Part shown: positions 58,927 to 64,000 of the stretch, piece by piece
How the letters are laid out: every line of letters starts with the position of its first letter
Numbering within the stretch: the first letter of the stretch is position 1
Assembly: GCA_900318265.1 (NCBI GenBank)
Contig: ONKA01000002.1
Location: 78,818-142,817, forward strand
DNA: 64,000 bases
From: an uncultured Bacteroidales bacterium
GTDB lineage: Bacteria > Bacteroidota > Bacteroidia > Bacteroidales > F082
Direction: 5' to 3'
Made by a program: the position numbers and the translations under genes
The notes under the pieces: model-generated
Seen by the model: the letters and a program-made list of their open reading frames with translations, nothing else
The model's database searches: none
What the model was told of the DNA's origin: nothing

Positions 58927-61920
58927 ATGAATATTAAAAAACGATTATTAGCTTGCTTTGTGTTGGCTTTTTCGGTCGCACAATGCTTTGCCCAGGATGC
59001 GGAGTCGCGCTGGGTGGATTCGGTGTACAACAGTCTTACTTTGGAACAGCGTGTAGGCCAGCTGATCTGCATGCGTGCCAACCTGCCTGACAAACCGTTC
59101 AATGAGAACGTGGCGAAGTACATCAAAAGGTACAACATTGGTGGTGTGTGTTTCTTCCGCGGCGATGCCGATGCCCAAGTGAAGCAGACCAACGAGTGGC
59201 AGGTCATGGCACAAACCCCGCTGATGGTCTCCATCGATGCGGAATGGGGTCTCGCCATGCGCGTGAACAAGACCTTGGCTTATCCTTATCAGATGACTTT
59301 GGGTGCCATCAAGGACGACCAGCTGATTTACGATATGGGTCAGCAGGTGGCCGAGCAGTGCCAACGCATGGGCATCCATGTGAATTTCGCTCCGGTGGCC
59401 GATGTCAACTCCAACGCGGCCAATCCCATCATCGGGGTGCGCAGCTTTGGTGAGGATCCGCAGAAAGTGGGTGAGAAAGCCTCAGCATACGCACAAGGCA
59501 TGCAAAGTAAAGGCTTGATAACCACGATGAAACACTTCCCAGGTCACGGCAACACCTCCACCGACTCGCATCTGACCCTGCCCACGGTGACACGTACGAT
59601 GGAAGAGGTGCGCGACATCGAATTGGCACCATTCCGTTATATGATTGAAAAAGGTGTCAATGGCGCTATGGTGGGTCATTTGTATTTCCCCGCCATCGAG
59701 AAGGTGAAGAACACCTCGTCGTCGCTGTCGTACGGCGTGGTCACCGACCTGCTGAAGGAAGAGATGGGTTTTGAGGGTTTAATCTTCACAGATGGCCTCG
59801 ACATGAAGGGCGTGTCGGAGAAGGTGCGTCAGGACAGCGTGCCTTACGTGGCCTTCATGGCCGGCAACGATGTGTTGATTCTGCCCCACGACGTGCCATA
59901 CGCCATCAAGACCATCAAAAACGCAGCGGAACGCAAACCCGAGGCTGCTGCCAGACTGGAAGAGAGCTGCAAGAAAATCCTGCGCTACAAGTATCGTGCT
60001 GGTCTTGCCCAATATCAACCGGTGTCAACGGAGAACCTGATGACCGATTTGAAGCAAAAGGCCTACACGGACCTGCGTCAACGCCTGTATGATGAGGCTA
60101 TCACTATGCTGCGCAACGAAGGTGATGTGATTCCTTTGGCCAACAACAAGAAAATCGCCGTGGTGACCATCGGCAACACGAAGAACGACGTGAACAACGG
60201 CCTGATCGACTATGGTTACAGCACCACCTCTTTTGTGACGAAGAAAGATGAAATCGCTTCGAAGTCGGCGGATTGGCTGAAGAAGTTGGAAGCCTACGAC
60301 TTGGTGGTGGTCAGCATCGAGAAGACCAATATGTTTGCCAACAGCAATTATGGCATCAACAATGCTACGGTGAATTTCTTCAACCGCCTTGTGGCGCAAA
60401 ACGACGTGATTCTCAACCTGTTTGCTTGCCCATACGCCTTGGATATGTTCCGCATCAACAACAGTGTGAAAGGCGTGGTGATTGGCTATCAGGACGAGGT
60501 GCCTGCCGTGAACGCCGTCGTGAAACTGCTTGCAGGCGAGATGGATCCCCATGGTGTTCTGCCGGTCTCGGTGACGAAGTTCAAGTGTGGCGATGGCATC
60601 GTCATCGGCTGGCCTCCGAAGCCTTCCTATAACCTCCCGTTCGTGGAGCCTCCGACCAAACCTGAGCCGGAGAAAGGTCAGCTCATGCAGAACAAACCTA
60701 TTGAGAACCAGAATGATGTGCCGACGCCTGTGAAGAGAATCGACGAACAATATGCCCGTCGTTTGGACTCAGTGGCCAAGTCGGGCATCACCAAATATGC
60801 CTATCCGGGATGTCAGGTCCTGGCGATGAAGGATGGCTGCATCGTTTATGACACTTGCTTTGGCACTTTCACTTACGGTGGTGGCCACAAGGTGCAACCT
60901 GATGACCTCTACGACCTCGCATCGTGCACCAAGATCTTCGCTTCCACCTTGGCCATCATGAAACTCTATGATGATGGCTTGATCGACCTCAACAAGACCT
61001 TGGCCGATTTTTTTCCCTACCTGAAAAACAAGGCCCATGGCAAGCTGAAGCTTATCGACATTATGACGCATCAGGCTGGACTGAAGGCTTGGATCCCTTT
61101 TTATAAGGTGACGATCGACGAGAACGGGCCGATGGCTGAGTTCTACAGCGATCACATGGACGAGAGCCACACGCTTCGCGTGGCAGAGAACCTTTATATC
61201 GTCAACGATTATCCCGACCGCATCTTCGATTCCGTGTCGAAGACGCCTTTGGGAAAGAAAAAATACCTGTATAGCGACATGGGTTTCTACTACATGCCCA
61301 GAATCGTGAAGCAGATCACCAATCAAAACATTGTGGACTACTTGAACGAGAAGTTCTATTTTCCGATGAACCTTTCGCACATCTGCTACCAGCCTTTGGA
61401 TCATTTCACCCGCGACCAGATTGCACCTACCGAGAACGACACCATCTTTCGTATGCAACAGCTTTGGGGTGATGTGCACGACCAGGCAGCGGCCATGTTC
61501 GGTGGCGTGGCGGGTCATGCCGGACTGTTTGGCAACGCCCACGATTTGGCGGCCATCATGCAGATGTTGCTCGACGGAGGCACCTACAAAGGCGTGCGCT
61601 ACCTGAAAGCTTCGACAATCAACTATTTCACCAAGGCGCATTTTGCGGCTTCCAACGACAACCGTCGCGGCATTGGCTTCGACAAGTTGCCGCTCAACAA
61701 GAAAGGTCCCAGCACGGCGTCCAAGTCGGGATCGATGAAAGGCTACGGACATACTGGTTTTACGGGTACTTTCGTTTGGAATGACCCAGAAAACGACCTG
61801 TTGGTGGTTTTCCTGTCGAACAGGGTCTGTCCCAACGCCGATGCCAACCAACTTATGCGGTTAAACATCCGCTCCAACATTCACGACATCCTCTACGAGG
61901 CTTATCCGATAAAGAAATGA
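58927..61920 (+). CDS. GH3 beta-N-acetylhexosaminidase-like domain fused to a serine-hydrolase (class C beta-lactamase/PBP-like) domain
   Basis: The GH3 part has the motifs ..KHFPGHGNTSTDSH.. and ..TDGLDM... The C-terminal part has S-x-x-K (LASCTKIF) and HTGFTG motifs. The protein has a signal peptide. Confidence 0.9.
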   Translation: MNIKKRLLACFVLAFSVAQCFAQDAESRWVDSVYNSLTLEQRVGQLICMRANLPDKPFNENVAKYIKRYNIGGVCFFRGDADAQVKQTNEWQVMAQTPLMVSIDAEWGLAMRVNKTLAYPYQMTLGAIKDDQLIYDMGQQVAEQCQRMGIHVNFAPVADVNSNAANPIIGVRSFGEDPQKVGEKASAYAQGMQSKGLITTMKHFPGHGNTSTDSHLTLPTVTRTMEEVRDIELAPFRYMIEKGVNGAMVGHLYFPAIEKVKNTSSSLSYGVVTDLLKEEMGFEGLIFTDGLDMKGVSEKVRQDSVPYVAFMAGNDVLILPHDVPYAIKTIKNAAERKPEAAARLEESCKKILRYKYRAGLAQYQPVSTENLMTDLKQKAYTDLRQRLYDEAITMLRNEGDVIPLANNKKIAVVTIGNTKNDVNNGLIDYGYSTTSFVTKKDEIASKSADWLKKLEAYDLVVVSIEKTNMFANSNYGINNATVNFFNRLVAQNDVILNLFACPYALDMFRINNSVKGVVIGYQDEVPAVNAVVKLLAGEMDPHGVLPVSVTKFKCGDGIVIGWPPKPSYNLPFVEPPTKPEPEKGQLMQNKPIENQNDVPTPVKRIDEQYARRLDSVAKSGITKYAYPGCQVLAMKDGCIVYDTCFGTFTYGGGHKVQPDDLYDLASCTKIFASTLAIMKLYDDGLIDLNKTLADFFPYLKNKAHGKLKLIDIMTHQAGLKAWIPFYKVTIDENGPMAEFYSDHMDESHTLRVAENLYIVNDYPDRIFDSVSKTPLGKKKYLYSDMGFYYMPRIVKQITNQNIVDYLNEKFYFPMNLSHICYQPLDHFTRDQIAPTENDTIFRMQQLWGDVHDQAAAMFGGVAGHAGLFGNAHDLAAIMQMLLDGGTYKGVRYLKASTINYFTKAHFAASNDNRRGIGFDKLPLNKKGPSTASKSGSMKGYGHTGFTGTFVWNDPENDLLVVFLSNRVCPNADANQLMRLNIRSNIHDILYEAYPIKK

Positions 61921-61926
61921 AACAAG

Positions 61927-61955
61927 AAAGGCGCATCTCAGTGAGGTGCGCCTTT
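61927..61955. terminator. bidirectional hairpin between convergent genes
   Basis: AAAGGCGCA..TGCGCCTTT. Confidence 0.65.
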
Positions 61956-61975
61956 CATTATATCCGTATGGGGAT

Positions 61976-62500
61976 TTATTTGATTTCGTATGTATTGATG
62001 ATGCCTGTAGCTTCCTCAAGCACCATCTTGGTCATGCCACCGTCTTTGGTGCGATAGGTCAGCACAACTGATTTGTAACCGCCTTTCGGCACCTTGCCTT
62101 TGGCATTGATAGAGATGACTTTAAGCCCTTTCTCTTCGGTGATGGTCGTCTCAGCGTTGTTGTCGGCAGCCGCTTGTTCCCAATTGCCCGAGAGGCAGTT
62201 CAGCAGGGTGGAGCGTTGCAGTCCCACCATCTTGACTTTGTCGGCATCGATGTCGGCTTTCTTGCCGTCCAGGTTGATTTTCACCTTGTTGCCGTCGATA
62301 ATGAAGGAATCGCCTGACGGTTCGGTGTAGGTCATTTTGAGTTGGTCTTTGCCGTCGAAGACGATATGGCCGGCTTTGTTGATGGTCTTGCCCGACACTT
62401 TCATCACTTTGGTCTGGGTGAAATCGTTGTCGAAGGTTTGTTGTGCAAATGCACTGACTGAAAACAGTACTGCGATGATAATCAATGTAATGTGTTTCAT
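61976..62500 (-). CDS. LolA-like outer-membrane lipoprotein carrier/sorting protein
   Basis: Signal peptide MKHITLIIIAVLFSVSAFA. The sequence is beta-rich (..GHIVFDGKDQLKMTYTEPSGDSFIIDGNKV..) and LolA-fold-like by eye. Confidence 0.65.
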   Translation of the reverse strand: MKHITLIIIAVLFSVSAFAQQTFDNDFTQTKVMKVSGKTINKAGHIVFDGKDQLKMTYTEPSGDSFIIDGNKVKINLDGKKADIDADKVKMVGLQRSTLLNCLSGNWEQAAADNNAETTITEEKGLKVISINAKGKVPKGGYKSVVLTYRTKDGGMTKMVLEEATGIINTYEIK

Positions 62501-62558
62501 TTATTGAGGTTGTCTTTTATTGGTGACTATAACAAGGTTTTCCTTTACAAAAACCGTG

Positions 62559-62566
62559 CAAAAATA
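62559..62566 (-). promoter_or_regulatory. -7 box TATTTTTG (LolA-like gene)
   Basis: Plus strand reads CAAAAATA, ~59 nt upstream of ATG 62500. Confidence 0.5.
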
Positions 62567-62643
62567 CTTGTTTTTTCGATGCGATTTGAAATTGAGGACA
62601 ACATAAATCCATGTAGAAATCTTGTTTGTATCGAATAGAGTTG

Positions 62644-62651
62644 TATTTTTG
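62644..62651 (+). promoter_or_regulatory. -7 box TATTTTTG (lipoprotein 62686)
   Basis: 35 nt before ATG 62686. Confidence 0.6.
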
Positions 62652-62685
62652 CAGCATCAATTCGACAACAAATAACCTTACAACT

Positions 62686-63402
62686 ATGAAAAGAGCATTG
62701 AAAATGGCGGCCTTAATGCTGTGTGCCGCGGCTATGATGACAGCATGCGATGGCAACAATTCGAACTCAAAAGAAAACAAGTTGGCCCAATTTGAGAAAA
62801 AAGCCACTGAATTCAAGGCAACCTTAGACCCGAGCAACAAAGTTATTGCGGAGAGATTGGATACCGTTGTGCAAAAGGTGTTCTATCTTGAGCCAAATCA
62901 GGATGCTGAGGGCATCAACCCCATCAACAACATCATGATGCATGATTATGCAACGAATGACACTAAGGCTCTCCTGCCTGAAGAGGAGAAGATAAGTGAT
63001 TTTATTGCATTTGGTGAAATCGTTGAAAGCGAAGACGACCTCCAAAGCGCTATCAGTTGCTTTAATTTGGATTACAGAAACTCAGAGCTTATCGGCGACC
63101 GTTTGTTTATGATGATTCATACCGAATGCTCTTATGAAATGGAAACTTCGCTTTTGTTCTATGTTAATGTCCTTGACAACACATTGCATTATGTTACTGA
63201 TTGTGATGATGTCAAATATGACAAAGCAAATGGAACGATTGCTGTTCATACGGAGTTGATGAAGCTTGCAGGTGCTGATTTGGCCCATGACTTCACTCTC
63301 TCAGTATCGTCGACCGATGAGGAATATGCGGCAAAACGCGCTGAGAATGAGGAAATAGAGGATCAGATGGTAGAGAAGTGGAGAGAAGAAAACGCTGAGT
63401 AA
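62686..63402 (+). CDS. hypothetical lipoprotein
   Basis: MKRALKMAALMLCAAAMMTAC lipobox. A -7 box lies at 62644-62651 and a terminator hairpin at 63431-63464. Confidence 0.7.
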   Translation: MKRALKMAALMLCAAAMMTACDGNNSNSKENKLAQFEKKATEFKATLDPSNKVIAERLDTVVQKVFYLEPNQDAEGINPINNIMMHDYATNDTKALLPEEEKISDFIAFGEIVESEDDLQSAISCFNLDYRNSELIGDRLFMMIHTECSYEMETSLLFYVNVLDNTLHYVTDCDDVKYDKANGTIAVHTELMKLAGADLAHDFTLSVSSTDEEYAAKRAENEEIEDQMVEKWREENAE

Positions 63403-63430
63403 TCTTCATTAATTCATATCCAACAAAAGC

Positions 63431-63464
63431 AAGAGCGCTAAGACCTTAGCGCTCTTCTTTTTTT
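63431..63464 (+). terminator. intrinsic terminator after the lipoprotein gene; overlaps the MMPL stop codon
   Basis: AAGAGCGCTAAG-acc-CTTAGCGCTCTT followed by TTTTTTT. Confidence 0.75.
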
Positions 63465-64000
63465 GCTTTCTTCATCACACTCCGCTTATACCACGGCCAC
63501 TTCATCAACTGCCAGAACGCAAAGGGTTGCAGAGCGTAGGAGATCATGATGGTCGAGGCCATGCCGATTAAGGTGCTGAGACCGATGGAGCGGATGGCGG
63601 GATGGACGGCGAAGAGGAGTGAGGTTACCACGATGACGAGGATGATGGCCGAGAAGAAGATGGCCACCTTGTGCCAGGTGAGCACGTCGCGGTTGCCAGT
63701 CCGAGCCTGAGTGAGCAAGCCTTCGGTGATGAAGATGCTGTAGTCGACACCCACACCGAAGATGAAGGTGGAGATGATGATGTTGATGAGGTTGAATTCC
63801 AAGCCGATAATAGCCATGTAGCCTTGCACCATGAACCAGCTGAGCACCATGGGGATGAACGACAAGAGCGCGGTGATGATGTTGCGGAACGAGATCAGCA
63901 GGATCAACAGTACGAACAACGAGGAGATCCACACGGCGATGTTGAAGTCGTCGTTGATGACCTCCACCATGCTCTTGCAGTAGTAGAACGGCTCCAAGAC
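63446..64000 (-). CDS. MMPL/RND-type membrane transporter, C-terminal part (5' end outside window)
   Basis: The reading frame is open to position 64000. It encodes a hydrophobic RND-like segment ..FRNIITALLSFIPMVLSWFMVQGYMAIIGLEFNLINIIISTFIFGVGVDYSIF... Confidence 0.8.
   Translation of the reverse strand, partial: VLEPFYYCKSMVEVINDDFNIAVWISSLFVLLILLISFRNIITALLSFIPMVLSWFMVQGYMAIIGLEFNLINIIISTFIFGVGVDYSIFITEGLLTQARTGNRDVLTWHKVAIFFSAIILVIVVTSLLFAVHPAIRSIGLSTLIGMASTIMISYALQPFAFWQLMKWPWYKRSVMKKAKKEER

Noticed and set aside
61976-64000. LolA-like protein plus MMPL transporter suggested the edge of an aryl-polyene or flexirubin-type lipid export cluster.
   Set aside because: No ketosynthase, ACP, dehydratase or acyltransferase genes are visible in the window. 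An opposite-strand lipoprotein gene separates the two genes. This can only be tested by looking beyond position 64000.
1-64000. I searched the translations for integrases, transposases, reverse transcriptases, cas genes and restriction or defence-system hallmarks, and the intergenic DNA for tRNA and rRNA.
   Set aside because: None was recognised. The only mobile-like DNA is the short palindromic or heptamer-periodic repeat families reported above.

Overview
64-kb chromosomal window from a Bacteroidota genome, probably Bacteroidales or Prevotella-like. The assignment rests on TAnnTTTG -7 promoter boxes in front of most genes, three T9SS type-A C-terminal sorting domains, and FeoA-FeoB and NfnA-NfnB-type fusions. 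I call 47 protein-coding genes, two of them cut by the window edges. I saw no rRNA, tRNA, CRISPR array, integrase or transposase.

Most genes are housekeeping: rarA, feoAB, dgt, an acyl-CoA ligase, speA, a clpC-cca-miaA operon, gyrA, an nfnAB-like fusion, ahcY, purD and rnhB. Surface and accessory genes are interspersed among them.

The least ordinary parts are:
- Left edge (1-5265): a short RHS tip cassette, preceded by a minimal T9SS cargo carrying one YD repeat, a DUF3244-like protein and a TPR/TM/coiled-coil/HTH regulator.
- 42910-45387: a monocistronic cytoplasmic 825-aa protein with TerB-like, Sel1-repeat and 2x DUF3846-like regions.
- 37099-38658: a secreted double ricin-B lectin with a ~97% identical internal 242-bp duplication. 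Upstream of it lie an (ATAC)7 microsatellite, a direct-repeat operator-like site and a promoter-plus-terminator-bounded structured leader or small RNA.
- 15020-15141: a second small-RNA candidate next to the feo operon.
- Two families of short repeats. One is a GGTCCCTGAGCCTGTCGAAGGGCC palindromic element that also occurs inside the miaA 5' end and the gyrA 3' coding tail. The other comprises heptamer-periodic elements at gene ends.

All functional calls come from reading the translations and motifs by eye. No database search was run.
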